Source: Planctomycetota bacterium (lineage in GTDB: Bacteria > Planctomycetota > B15-G4 > SIAN01). Taken from it: a stretch of DNA of 64,000 nt. Both the position numbers and the translations under genes were made by a program. Position 1 is the first letter of the stretch, and every line of letters starts with the position of its first letter. This document shows positions 19,076-29,072 of the stretch, piece by piece. The notes beneath the pieces are model-generated. The model had not been told where the DNA came from. It ran no database searches and was given only the letters and a program-made list of their open reading frames with translations. The stretch spans positions 1 through 64,000 of the forward strand of contig JANNXA010000040.1 in the NCBI GenBank assembly GCA_031409275.1, written 5' to 3'.

Positions 19076-19859
19076 GCCGCACCCGTTGCGCCAGCGCCGC
19101 ATGCAGCGCGCTGCCGTTGCTGGCCAGCACGTCGCCGCGCGCCAGCATCGCGTCGCCACCTGCCAGATCGGTCACGCACCCGCCCGCTTCACGCACCAGC
19201 AGGATGCCGGCGGCGAGGTCCCACGAGTTCAAGAAGGGCTCCCAGTAGGCGTCGTAGTGCCCCGCCGCCACCAGCGCCAGATCGAGCGCCGCGCTGCCGA
19301 GTCGCCGCACGTCGCGGCACTGCAGCACGAGCTCGGAGAACTCGCGCACGTTGTTCTCGGCCACGTCGTTGCGCTGGTAGCTGAAGCCGGTCGCGAGCAG
19401 CGCCTCGCGCAGCGCATCGCAGCGACTGACTTGCAGCCGCGCGCCGTTGCGGAACGCCCCGCCGCCCTGGGTCGCGTGGTAGGTCTCCTGCAGCGCAGGC
19501 GCGTGGACGACGCCGACCCGCGGCACGCCGCCCTGCCAGGCGGCGATCGACACGGTGAAGAGCGGCAGGCCATGCGCGAAGTTGACCGTGCCATCGAGCG
19601 GATCGACGTGCCAGGTGATCGCCTCGTTGCCGGCGCGCCCGCCCTCCTCTTCCGCGACGATGCGGTGGCCTGGGAATCGGCGCGCCAGCTCGCTGACGAT
19701 CGCTCGCTCGGCGGCGACGTCGGCGGCGGTGACGGGGTTGCGACGCCCCTTCAGCTTCACGTCGGCCGGGTCGAAGCGGCGCCAGAGGTCGAGGTGGATC
19801 GCGCCGGCCACACGGGCCAGCTCGAGCGCGCAGTCGAGCATCTCGAGGTCAGCGGTCAT
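19044..19859 (-). CDS. suhB: Inositol monophosphatase
   Basis: VTAAD, AEE, DPLDGTVNFAHG, RRLGSAALDL, WDLAAG. Confidence 0.92.
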   Translation of the reverse strand: MTADLEMLDCALELARVAGAIHLDLWRRFDPADVKLKGRRNPVTAADVAAERAIVSELARRFPGHRIVAEEEGGRAGNEAITWHVDPLDGTVNFAHGLPLFTVSIAAWQGGVPRVGVVHAPALQETYHATQGGGAFRNGARLQVSRCDALREALLATGFSYQRNDVAENNVREFSELVLQCRDVRRLGSAALDLALVAAGHYDAYWEPFLNSWDLAAGILLVREAGGCVTDLAGGDAMLARGDVLASNGSALHAALAQRVRRDEGAPRGDR

Positions 19860-19898
19860 GGCGCGGCAGCGTAGCGCGCGCGGCGGTGGTGCGGCGCG

Positions 19899-21416
19899 TC
19901 ACTTCGCGGCCGAGACCAGCGCGCGGCAGAGATCGTCCTGGACCTTCTTCATCTCGGCGTTGCCGCCCTTGAAGCCGTTCATCAAGAAGGAGAACGCGAA
20001 CACCTCGCCGCCCTCCGGCTCGCCGGCCAGCAGGTAGCCCGAAAGGCCGGAGACGCGCGAGATGAACCCGGTCTTGGCGCGCACGCGGTACTGCATCGCC
20101 GGCTCGTTCATGCGACGTTCGAGCGTGCCGTCGACTCCGCTCACCGGCAGGCAGCGCACGTAGTCGTCGCGCCACGACGCCGCATAGGCACGCGCCAGCA
20201 CGCCGACCAGCAGCGCCGGCGTCACGACATCGTCGCGCGACAGGCCCGACCCGTCGACGATGGCGCGCGGCGCCGACTCGAGACCGAGCTCGCGCGCAAG
20301 CTCATCGACCAGGCGCGCCCCATTGGCGACCGAGCCGAGCCCGTAGCGCGCCAGCGCGCACGTGCGCAGCAGCTGCTCGGCGATGAGGTTGTCGCTCTCC
20401 TTCCCGCACAAGAGCAGCGCCGGCAGCAGCGGGCTGCGCCGCGTGTAGAGCACGCGTGCCCGCTCGCCGACCTTCTCGTCTGCCAGCGGCGCGCGCACCT
20501 TGCCGCCGAACGCGATGCCGGCCCGCCCCAACGCCGCCTGCAGCGCGCGCCCGAAATAGAGCGGCGGATCGGCGACGGTCGTCGTCACGGTCGCGCCGCG
20601 CACGTCCGCGCCGACGCTGCCGCGGATGCGCACCGCCCCTTTGGCATCGGGCGGGGCCAGCGCGACCTTGAAGGCGTCACGATCGCCGCTCGCCACCAGG
20701 TCGTTCGTCAGGCTCCAGCCCGCGACTTCGGGCAGGAGCTCGGCCGCGATCGAGCCGTTGCCAAGCGCGCTGACGCGGGCGCGGATGCAATTGCCGTTCA
20801 GCCCGAGCGCCGCGACGGGCGCGGCGTACTCATCGCCGAGCTGATCGCGCGGCCAACCTTGCGGGATCCGTTCGCCATCGAAGGCGCGCGCATCGACGAC
20901 GATGTCGCCGCGCACGCTCTTCACGCCCTGCAGCTGCAGCGCCTGCACGAACGGCGCGAGCGGTGCACCGTCGTCGTCGCTCTCGAAGAAGCAGGGGCGC
21001 AACGTCGGGTCGCCGCTGCCGCGCACCCACAAGTTGCCGTCGAGTCGGCCGCCGTCGACGATCGGACCGTCGGCGAGGAGCGGCGTCTCGAACTGGAAGT
21101 CGGGGCCGAGGGTCGCGAGCGCGAGGTAGAGCGTCACCACCTTCAGGTTGGACGCCGGCGCGAATCCCACCTCGGCATCGCGGGCGAAGAAGCGCTGGCC
21201 GCTCCCCAAGGAGCGCACGTCGATGCCGACCTTGGCGCCGGCGAGTTCCTTGCGCGCGAGGATGCGAGTGACGGCCGCTTCGAAACGAGCGGCCCGTTCC
21301 TGCGACGGCGGCAGCGCGGCGGCACTCTTCGCCGCTGCCGTCGATGTGGTCGCCACCATCGATGGCGCCAGAACGACGAGCAGCGCCCATGCGCCGAACC
21401 GCCGAAGCTTGCACAT
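19899..21416 (-). CDS. dacB: D-alanyl-D-alanine carboxypeptidase/endopeptidase (PBP4, family S13)
   Basis: PASNLK (SxxK), SDN, DGSGLSR, KTG. Confidence 0.92.
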   Translation of the reverse strand: MCKLRRFGAWALLVVLAPSMVATTSTAAAKSAAALPPSQERAARFEAAVTRILARKELAGAKVGIDVRSLGSGQRFFARDAEVGFAPASNLKVVTLYLALATLGPDFQFETPLLADGPIVDGGRLDGNLWVRGSGDPTLRPCFFESDDDGAPLAPFVQALQLQGVKSVRGDIVVDARAFDGERIPQGWPRDQLGDEYAAPVAALGLNGNCIRARVSALGNGSIAAELLPEVAGWSLTNDLVASGDRDAFKVALAPPDAKGAVRIRGSVGADVRGATVTTTVADPPLYFGRALQAALGRAGIAFGGKVRAPLADEKVGERARVLYTRRSPLLPALLLCGKESDNLIAEQLLRTCALARYGLGSVANGARLVDELARELGLESAPRAIVDGSGLSRDDVVTPALLVGVLARAYAASWRDDYVRCLPVSGVDGTLERRMNEPAMQYRVRAKTGFISRVSGLSGYLLAGEPEGGEVFAFSFLMNGFKGGNAEMKKVQDDLCRALVSAAK

Positions 21417-21466
21417 GTCGCCCACGTTCGCCCCCTCCACTCCGCGCCGCGTGCCCTGCGGGCTCG

Positions 21467-23014
21467 CTACGGCGGGATCCCCTCTTGCTTGGGCCGCCGC
21501 TCCGCCTCGCCAAGCAGCCACGCCAGCACCGTCACCAGCTTCGCCGTCTCCGCAATCTTGCCGAAGACGAGCTTGTCCGCCGTATCGGTGACCTGGTGAT
21601 AGTCCGCGTGCTCCTCGGGCTCCATGAAGAAGAGCACCGGGATGCCGGCTCGCCAGAACTCGAGCTGATCGCTGCGCTTGAAGTACTGCATGCCGCCTTC
21701 GCCGACCTTGAGGCGCGCGCGCGACAACGTCGTCGCCTTGCGCACCAAGGCCTGGAAGTCGGCGGAGTAGGCCAGCCCGGCGGCGTCGATGTCGTGCGGC
21801 CGCCCGCGTCCGACCATGTCCATGTTGATCATCGCGAGCGTCTTGTCCGCCGGCTGCAGCGGCGCCTTGCAGTAGGCCGCCGAACCGAGCAGCCCATGCT
21901 CCTCGCCGGAGAAGTGGATCAGCAGCAGCGAACGCTTGAAGGTCACGTCGGCCGGCCCGATCGCTTCCGCGATCTCGAGCATGCAACTCGTCCCGGAACC
22001 GTTGTCGTCGGCGCCGTGGAAGACGCGGCCGAACTCGTCGACCCCGATGTGGTCGTAGTGGGCGCCGAGCACGATCCACTCGTCCTTCAGCAGCGGATCG
22101 CTGCCGCGCTTCACGGCGACGACGTCGTGCGTCTTCACCCGCTCGTCGTTCAGCGCGACCTTCAGCCGGACGCGCGTTCCCGCCAGCGCACGCGGCGCGC
22201 CCGCGAGCTTGCTGTCGAGCGTCTTCTGCATCGCGAGCAGCTGCCCCTGCCCGAACAGCAAGTCGGCGATGACGCCCGAGCAGTGGACCACCGGGATCGG
22301 GCAGTCGCTCTTCGGATCGAGCTGGCCGTAGCGCGGGAACTCGCCCTTCAGCGCAGTGAGGTCGTCGTGGTTCGCGGGGTCGGTGAAGAGCAGGACCGCG
22401 GCCGCGCCGCGCTCCGCCGCCACGCGACCCTTGCGAGAAATGCGCGAGTGGTCGGTCCACTCCACTCCCTTGAAGGCGCGCCCCTTCTTCTGCTCGCGCG
22501 GCTCGTGCAACAGGAGCGCGACGACCTTGCCTTTGACGTCGATGCCCTTGAAGTCGTCGTACTTCTCTTCCGCATCGACGATGCCGTAGCCGCAGAAGAC
22601 GACCTCCCCTTCGACGGTGCCGCTGCCTGAGCGGCGGACCGGCACGAAGTCGACGCCCGGCAGGAACGCATCGACCTCGACCCCCTTCAGCACGGCGACG
22701 TGGTCGTCGGGCGCGAAGACGATGGCGGGCACGTCGTACTCGAAGCGGTAGCTGCCGTCCGGATGGCCGCTTTCGAGGCCGAACTTCTGGTGGTGCTCGA
22801 TCAGGTAGTCGCGCGCCTTCTCGAGCCCCGGCTGCGGCGTGTCGCGGCCGGCGCAAGCGGGGCTGGTGAGGAACGCCGCGTGGCGCTTCAGGTCCTCGAC
22901 CAGGATCGTGTCGAGGCGAGCCTTGAGCGGCGCCGGCAGCGTCGTTTCGCCTGACGGCATCGCCGCGGCGAACCACAGCGACCCGACGAAAAGCGCGGGG
23001 AGGAAGCGGTTCAC
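21467..23014 (-). CDS. M28 peptidase with PA domain
   Basis: GAHYDH, GADDNGSG, GEEHGLLGS, NMDMVGR, RSD, YHQVTD. Confidence 0.92.
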   Translation of the reverse strand: MNRFLPALFVGSLWFAAAMPSGETTLPAPLKARLDTILVEDLKRHAAFLTSPACAGRDTPQPGLEKARDYLIEHHQKFGLESGHPDGSYRFEYDVPAIVFAPDDHVAVLKGVEVDAFLPGVDFVPVRRSGSGTVEGEVVFCGYGIVDAEEKYDDFKGIDVKGKVVALLLHEPREQKKGRAFKGVEWTDHSRISRKGRVAAERGAAAVLLFTDPANHDDLTALKGEFPRYGQLDPKSDCPIPVVHCSGVIADLLFGQGQLLAMQKTLDSKLAGAPRALAGTRVRLKVALNDERVKTHDVVAVKRGSDPLLKDEWIVLGAHYDHIGVDEFGRVFHGADDNGSGTSCMLEIAEAIGPADVTFKRSLLLIHFSGEEHGLLGSAAYCKAPLQPADKTLAMINMDMVGRGRPHDIDAAGLAYSADFQALVRKATTLSRARLKVGEGGMQYFKRSDQLEFWRAGIPVLFFMEPEEHADYHQVTDTADKLVFGKIAETAKLVTVLAWLLGEAERRPKQEGIPP

Positions 23015-23796
23015 AGCGGCAACCGCAAGCCGTCGTGCGCCAGCACCAGCGCCCCGAGGTAGTGCTCGCGCGCGACCGAGCGCACGTCGCTGCGTTCGGT
23101 GTCGGGATAGAAGTGGGTCAGGATCAGCTCCTTCACGCCGGCGGCCGCCGCGATCCGCGCCGCCGTCGAAGGCGTCAGATGGCGGGTCGTGTCGCCCCCT
23201 TCCGGAAAGGCCGACTCGAGCACGTAGACGTCGGCGCCACGGCCAAGCTCGATGGGCGCATCGCCCACTCCGGTATCGCCCGAGTAGGCGAGCGTGCGTT
23301 GGTGGCCGCGGACGCGGTAGCCGAGGCTGTGGCCCAGATGCGGCATGCGCAGCGCGACCCCTTCGAGGCGCTGATGCTCGAGCTCGATGCAGAAGGGTCC
23401 CGGCTCGAGCTCCACGATCTCGAGTCGCTCGGGCGGCAGCGCGACCCACTCGCCGAACACGCTCTTCATGCGCTCGACGAGGTCGGCAACGCCACGCGGA
23501 CCGATCACGGTCAGGCGCTGCTTGGCGAGCGTCGGATGGCGCAGCCCGAACAGCAGCGCGAAGAGGTCGAGGCAGTGGTCCGGGTGGAAATGGGTGATCA
23601 ACGTGGCGCGCACGCTGGCCAGCAGGACGCCGCAACGCGCCGCGGCGCGCACGCTGCCCGGACCCGGATCGACCAGCACGCCGCGCCCATCGGCCATGCG
23701 CAGCAGATGGCCGGGCGAGCCACGCGTCGCGGTGGGCAAGGCCGTGCCGGATCCCAGCACGATCCACTCGACCGGTCGCGCGACGTGGGGGTCCAT
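23011..23796 (-). CDS. Metallo-beta-lactamase-fold hydrolase, RNase Z-like
   Basis: LGSG, THFHPDH, YSGDT, LTHFYP. Confidence 0.85.
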   Translation of the reverse strand: MDPHVARPVEWIVLGSGTALPTATRGSPGHLLRMADGRGVLVDPGPGSVRAAARCGVLLASVRATLITHFHPDHCLDLFALLFGLRHPTLAKQRLTVIGPRGVADLVERMKSVFGEWVALPPERLEIVELEPGPFCIELEHQRLEGVALRMPHLGHSLGYRVRGHQRTLAYSGDTGVGDAPIELGRGADVYVLESAFPEGGDTTRHLTPSTAARIAAAAGVKELILTHFYPDTERSDVRSVAREHYLGALVLAHDGLRLPL

Positions 23797-23797
23797 C

Positions 23798-24781
23798 TCA
23801 GCTCGCGTAGCCGCGCGGATGCGCCTTCAACCAGTTCCACGCGTGCTGCACCGTGGCCACGAGTTCGACGTGGCGCGGGGTCCAGCCGAGGAAGCGCTTC
23901 GCCTTGTCCCCGCCCGCGACGAGCGCCGGCGGGTCGCCCTCGCGCCGCGGCAAGACCTGATACGGGATCGGCGCGCCGGTCACTGCGCGCGCCGCACCGA
24001 TCACTTCGAGCACGCTTGCGCCGCGACCGGTGCCGAGATTCACCGGCTCGAAGACGCCGGGCTTCATCGCGCCGAGCGCCAATCGATGCGCGCTGGCGAG
24101 GTCAGCGACGTGGACGTAGTCGCGAATGCAGGTGCCGTCCGGCGTCGGATAGTCGGTGCCGAACACCTGCAAGGGCACGCTGCCGCCCGACAGCACGCTG
24201 CGCAGGATGGTCGGGATCAAGTGCGTCTCGGGCTGATGCCATTCGCCAAGCCGCCCGTCGGGGTCGGCACCCGCCGCATTGAAGTAGCGCGGCGCGACGG
24301 CGGCGAAGCCGTAGGCGCGGCAGTACATCTCGAGCTGCTCTTCGCAGAAGCGCTTGGTGACGCCGTAGGGGCTGATCGGCTGGCGGACGAACTCCTCGGT
24401 GATCGGCACCTTGGCCGGCACGCCGTAGACCGCGCAGGTCGAGGAGAAGACGATCTTCTTCACGGCGCAGGCGCGCATCGCCTCCAGCAGCTCATGCAGT
24501 CCACGGGCGTTGTCGCGCACGTACTTCGCGGGATCGGTGACCGATTCGCCGACGTAGCAGCGCGCCGCGAAATGCATGACCGCGTCGACCTGGTGCTTGC
24601 GGATCGTGTCGATCAGCAGCGCGCGATCGATCAGGTCGCCCTGCACCACCGGCGTATCGAGCGCGGCAGCGCGATGCCCCTCGACGAGGTCGTCGAAGAT
24701 GACGACGGGATGGCCCGCCTTGCGCAGCTCGAGGACCGCGTGGCTGCCGATGTAGCCGGCGCCGCCCGTGACGAGGATCAT
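23798..24781 (-). CDS. galE: UDP-glucose 4-epimerase
   Basis: TGGAGYIGSH, SPYGVTK (YxxxK), RYFNAAGA, PDGTCIRDYVHV. Confidence 0.96.
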   Translation of the reverse strand: MILVTGGAGYIGSHAVLELRKAGHPVVIFDDLVEGHRAAALDTPVVQGDLIDRALLIDTIRKHQVDAVMHFAARCYVGESVTDPAKYVRDNARGLHELLEAMRACAVKKIVFSSTCAVYGVPAKVPITEEFVRQPISPYGVTKRFCEEQLEMYCRAYGFAAVAPRYFNAAGADPDGRLGEWHQPETHLIPTILRSVLSGGSVPLQVFGTDYPTPDGTCIRDYVHVADLASAHRLALGAMKPGVFEPVNLGTGRGASVLEVIGAARAVTGAPIPYQVLPRREGDPPALVAGGDKAKRFLGWTPRHVELVATVQHAWNWLKAHPRGYAS

Positions 24782-24887
24782 TCCCGAGACTCCCTGGTGC
24801 GCGGCCGCAGTGGCGCGCGAGGCGGCGCATCCTACAATCCCGCCCCTTCACGGACCGACCCGCACCCATGGCAGGAACGCGAAGACC

Positions 24888-25808
24888 ATGACGATGCCCG
24901 CCCCAAGCCGCGCCCCGCTGCGCGAAGCGACGATCCCCGGCCTCACGTTGAAGCACCGCGGCAAGGTGCGCGACCTCTTCGAGCTCGGCGACAAGCTGCT
25001 GCTGGTCGCCTCCGATCGCATCTCCGCCTTCGACGTGATCCTCGAAGACCTGCTGCCCGACAAGGGCGAGGTGCTCACCCGCATCAGCGAATTCTGGTTC
25101 CGCCACTTCGAAGGGCGCGTGCGCCACCACCTGATCACGACCGACATCGCCCAGATGCCGGCACCGCTGCCGAGCCATCGCGAACTCGCCGGCCGCTCGA
25201 TGCTGGGCAAGAAGGTGAAGCCGCTGCTGGCCGAGCTGGTGGTGCGCGGCTACCTGGTCGGCTCCGGCTGGGCCGACTACCAGAAGACGGGCGCCGTCTG
25301 CGGCATCAAGCTGCCGGCCGGACTGAAGGAGGCGAGCAAGCTCCCGGAACCGCTCTTCACGCCCTCGACCAAGGCGCCGATGGGCCAGCACGACGAGAAC
25401 ATCAGCTACGAGCAGCTCTGCCGCATCATCGGCGACGACAAGGCGAAGCAATCGCGCGACCTCGTGATGTCGATGTACGTCGAAGCGGCGGCCTACGCTG
25501 CGAAGCGCGGCATCCTGCTCGCCGATACCAAGATCGAGATCGGCGAGGACGAGCAGGGGCTGCTGGTGATCGACGAGCTCTTCACGCCCGACAGCTCGCG
25601 CTTCTGGGCCGCCGAAACGTGGGAGCCGGGCCGCTCGCCGCCGAGCTACGACAAGCAGATCATCCGCGACGCGCTGCTGGCGATGGGCTTCAACAAGAAG
25701 CCGCCCGCCCCGCGCCTCCCGGCCGAAGTGCTGACCAAGGCGACCCACGCCTACCACCAGATCTACGAGCGGCTGACGGGGACGAAGTTCACTTCGCTGG
25801 TGCGCTGA
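24888..25808 (+). CDS. purC: SAICAR synthetase
   Basis: GKVRD, SDRISAFD, FTPSTKA, ADTKIE, TPDSSRFW, SYDKQ. A -10-like TACAAT lies upstream. Confidence 0.96.
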   Translation: MTMPAPSRAPLREATIPGLTLKHRGKVRDLFELGDKLLLVASDRISAFDVILEDLLPDKGEVLTRISEFWFRHFEGRVRHHLITTDIAQMPAPLPSHRELAGRSMLGKKVKPLLAELVVRGYLVGSGWADYQKTGAVCGIKLPAGLKEASKLPEPLFTPSTKAPMGQHDENISYEQLCRIIGDDKAKQSRDLVMSMYVEAAAYAAKRGILLADTKIEIGEDEQGLLVIDELFTPDSSRFWAAETWEPGRSPPSYDKQIIRDALLAMGFNKKPPAPRLPAEVLTKATHAYHQIYERLTGTKFTSLVR

Positions 25809-25869
25809 TCGCCACGCGCCACCGCCGCCCGCTGTGTGGCGCGCGCTGCCGACCGAGAGGAGCGAGACG

Positions 25870-27897
25870 ATGAGCCGTGCCCGCTCGCCATCCGGTCGCG
25901 CGGTCGCGCTGCTCGCACTGATCGCCGCGGCGCTCGGCGCGGCGTGGTGGTGGCAGCGCGAGTCAACGCGGCATGCGCCGATCGCGGCGCGTTCGCCTGG
26001 CGCTGCCGCTCATGCGCAGGGACGGGCGATCGAGCCGATCCCGCTGCCGAGCGCCGTCGAATCGGCGGGTGACGCCTCGATCGGCGCGCGCCGCGAGGAG
26101 CGACCGCCTGCGAGCGACGTTCCATCGATGCTGACGATCGAGGTCCGCGTGGTCGACGAGACCGCGACCCCGATCGCTGGAGCCGAGGTCGTCGCCCTGG
26201 CCGACCTCCTGAGCGACCGGGCCGCGCCGGAAGGCTCACGCTTCGAGCGACGCTCCGACGCCTCCGGCCTCACGACCTTCACGCTGCCGCGCGAACTGGC
26301 TCCGACGCTGCGCTGGGTCACCGCATATGACGCCGATTGCGTGCCGGCGGTCCTGTTCCTCGGCGGCCACTTCACGGCCGAGGCGCTTGCCGACGCCACC
26401 GTTGCCGTGACAGTCGTGCTGGAGAAGCCGCGCTCCTGGGCGGTGCGGGTGGGAGACGTCTACGGCCGGCCGATCGCGGGCGCCCACGTGCAGGCGACGG
26501 CGGCCTGGGGCGAAGAGCTGCGGAGTACGCCAAGCGATGCGGCCGCGCGTCGACGGATCACGCCCGAGGCGACCACCGACGCCGACGGTCGTGCGACGCT
26601 TTGTCTCAGTCCGACGCTCCCCTACTTCGTCGAGGCGTTTTCCGACGGCTTCACCCCGTTTGCCGCAGTGGTGTCGCCCGATGATGCGATCGACGCTGCC
26701 GTCGAGATTCCACTGCGGCGACTCTTCGTGGCGGGCTACCGCACGGTCGGCGGGCCGTCGGGCGACGTCGGGATGATCGCCACCGATGTCGAGGAGTCGT
26801 ACGAGCTGTGGCGCAATCCTCGTTTCAGGACGCTGCTCGGCATTCAGGAGACGCTCCTGCGACGCCGGTTCGAGCAGCCCGATGCGCAGCTCAGCTTTCA
26901 GCCCGAACGCGCGTCAGGCGCGCCGCCCGATGACTGGACGGTCACGGTGCTGCTCGCCGGCGAGGAGCGCGAGCTGACGCTGCACTTCCGTCCGCTGGCC
27001 GAGTTCCTCGCGAGCGACGTCGTCGAGCTCGCCTACCCGCCGCCCGGCACGGCGGCGGTCCACGTGCAGCTCGTCTCGGAGAGTGGCGCGCGACCCGATG
27101 CGGAGTTTGGCTGGTGGCTCCAGCAGATGGGGCGGTTTCGCGCCGTCCATCCGACGGCAGTCGACGCGGTCCGAGCGCGTCTCACCTTCAGCGACCTCGA
27201 GGCGGGTGCATGGCGTTTCGGCACGCCCAACTTCGCGTTCCGGCGACTGTTGCCGGTCGACGCGCCCTTCGAGCTGCGCGCCGGCGAGGTGCGCGAGATC
27301 GAGGTGACCGTGCCGACCGTGCTCGGCGCGAGATTGCACCTCGTCGTGCGCGACGGCTACGGTCGAACGCTGACCCGCTACCAGGCGATGCTTCGCAGCG
27401 CGTCCGGCTACTTCGCCGTCCTTGACCGCTTTCCCCTGCCGATCGAGCCCGGCCGCTATCCGGTGACGGTGCGCGCGCTCGGCTACGCCGACTGCACCGT
27501 CGAGCTCGACATTGATGGCCCCGACGTCACGCACGAGGTCGTGATCGGGACCCCAAGCGACATGGCGCTGCCCTGGTCGCGTCGATCATCACGGGCCCAT
27601 CGCACCTGTGCCGCGGTACGGCCCTGCGCCACCGACCGCCCCCGACTCCACCGTGAGCGGGTCCGCGGGCGCTTCCTCCGGCCGCTTCTTCAGCGCCCAG
27701 CGCAACGCCAGCACGACCGCGAGCACGAGGCCGCCGCGCCAGTAGAGGCGGCGCCGCCAGCTCGAATCGCACTGCCAGCGCACGCGCCACGGCGCCACGG
27801 TCGCGCCGCGTTCCACTCCCGCGGCGGCCAGCAGCTCGCGCAACGCGACCTCGCCGCCGACGCGTCGACCGGTGGTGACGCCGGCGATCAACCCTGA
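25870..27897 (+). CDS. Membrane-anchored protein with carboxypeptidase-regulatory-like (transthyretin-like) repeats
   Basis: N-terminal TM; repeats VVDETATPIAGAEV, DVYGRPIAGAHV...TTDADG, PGRYPVTVRALGY. The last ~100 codons overlap the convergent S8 gene and look non-genuine. Confidence 0.7.
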   Translation: MSRARSPSGRAVALLALIAAALGAAWWWQRESTRHAPIAARSPGAAAHAQGRAIEPIPLPSAVESAGDASIGARREERPPASDVPSMLTIEVRVVDETATPIAGAEVVALADLLSDRAAPEGSRFERRSDASGLTTFTLPRELAPTLRWVTAYDADCVPAVLFLGGHFTAEALADATVAVTVVLEKPRSWAVRVGDVYGRPIAGAHVQATAAWGEELRSTPSDAAARRRITPEATTDADGRATLCLSPTLPYFVEAFSDGFTPFAAVVSPDDAIDAAVEIPLRRLFVAGYRTVGGPSGDVGMIATDVEESYELWRNPRFRTLLGIQETLLRRRFEQPDAQLSFQPERASGAPPDDWTVTVLLAGEERELTLHFRPLAEFLASDVVELAYPPPGTAAVHVQLVSESGARPDAEFGWWLQQMGRFRAVHPTAVDAVRARLTFSDLEAGAWRFGTPNFAFRRLLPVDAPFELRAGEVREIEVTVPTVLGARLHLVVRDGYGRTLTRYQAMLRSASGYFAVLDRFPLPIEPGRYPVTVRALGYADCTVELDIDGPDVTHEVVIGTPSDMALPWSRRSSRAHRTCAAVRPCATDRPRLHRERVRGRFLRPLLQRPAQRQHDREHEAAAPVEAAPPARIALPAHAPRRHGRAAFHSRGGQQLAQRDLAADASTGGDAGDQP

Positions 27898-28686
27898 CAG
27901 GCGCGCCGCGGAGAACGAGGTGCCACCGTCGATCGAGTAGCTCGACGACTGGCCGCCCGTCGTCAACGGCATCGCCCCTTGCACGGTCGTCTCGAAATAG
28001 CCCTCGACGAAGCAGTCGACCCAATCACCGTAGCTCGAGGTCGCGACGCGTCCGAAGTCGTTGGCGTTGCCGACGGCCACCACCCCCGGCAGCGCCGCGG
28101 GATAGCGCGGCTGCGTGGTCCCTTCGTTGCCGGCCGCAGCGACGAGGATGACTCCCGCCGCGTCGAGCGCTGCGACGAGCCGCTGCTCGACGTCGGTCGC
28201 GGCGGGGCCGCCGAAGCTCATGTTGACGACGATCGGCATCGCGGCGTGGAGCTGCGCGTAGTCGAGCACGCTGGCGAGCGCCCGCTCGATCTCGCGGGCG
28301 GCAAGCCCCGCGCCGAGGTCGATCCGCGCGATGGCGACGTCACTCGGCGCGGTCCCGATCAGCGCCTCGGCCATCCGATCGCCGTGCTCGCGGCGACCGC
28401 CATAGAACGTGTCGAGCACGAAGACGACGCCGGCGTGCTCGTCCGCTTCGATCGCGTGGATGCTGCGGGTCGCATCCTGGACGCGCCGCTCGATCTCTTG
28501 CGAGCTAGGCGCGAACCAGCCCGACAACTCGACGGCCAACACGACGAGCAGCGCCACCGCGCCAAGGAGTCGCAGCAGCGACCGCGTGAAGTCGCGCGAC
28601 GGCGGCTCCTCGGCAGGAGCACCGCCCTCGGTCACGATCACCGCTCGTCCGCGCTCCGGCATCGACGCCATCTTGTCCTCGGTCAC
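27589..28686 (-). CDS. S8 (subtilisin-like) serine peptidase with TM segments at both ends
   Basis: Catalytic Asp (VLDT), His (EHGDRM), oxyanion Asn (AAAGNE) and Ser (GTSFSA); NMSFGG; YPAALPGV. Confidence 0.85.
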   Translation of the reverse strand: MTEDKMASMPERGRAVIVTEGGAPAEEPPSRDFTRSLLRLLGAVALLVVLAVELSGWFAPSSQEIERRVQDATRSIHAIEADEHAGVVFVLDTFYGGRREHGDRMAEALIGTAPSDVAIARIDLGAGLAAREIERALASVLDYAQLHAAMPIVVNMSFGGPAATDVEQRLVAALDAAGVILVAAAGNEGTTQPRYPAALPGVVAVGNANDFGRVATSSYGDWVDCFVEGYFETTVQGAMPLTTGGQSSSYSIDGGTSFSAARLSGLIAGVTTGRRVGGEVALRELLAAAGVERGATVAPWRVRWQCDSSWRRRLYWRGGLVLAVVLALRWALKKRPEEAPADPLTVESGAVGGAGPYRGTGAMGP

Positions 28687-28716
28687 CGCGCCGCGCTCCG
28701 GCGCACGATTTTCCGA

Positions 28717-28732
28717 TGCAACTCGCGCGCCG
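28717..28732 (-). promoter_or_regulatory. sigma54-type promoter for the S8 peptidase gene
   Basis: Minus strand CGGCGC-GCGAG-TTGCA with GG-N10-GC spacing, about 30 nt before the start. Confidence 0.45.
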
Positions 28733-29072
28733 TCGCTCGCCCGCCTGCTTCACGAAACCCCTGCTGCGGCTCGGTCTGCCGACTCCGTACGTCGTCGGGA
28801 AAGCGCGCTTCTTCCTCAGCGGGTCAGCAAACCCGCATCGTCGAAGTCGCGCTTCCCCTTCTCGTCCGGAGCCGACATCCCGTCGCCTCGCGACGGGGAT
28901 CGTGAATCAAACGGGCTACCGCCGGAAAACTTCGACGAAGCGCGACGCCCGCTAAGTTCGCCTGCTTGAGAATCGCCCCCGGCGTGTCGACATCCTGCGG
29001 CGATGCGGGATCGAGTCGGGGGCTCGACCCGTGGAGCGTGCCGCGCTCCGCTCTTTGCCGGGATGACGTCCG

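Noticed and set aside
28740..29072. Possible SAM riboswitch upstream of mtnA
   Set aside because: Only generic GC hairpins; no SAM-I, -II or -IV core sequence recognisable.
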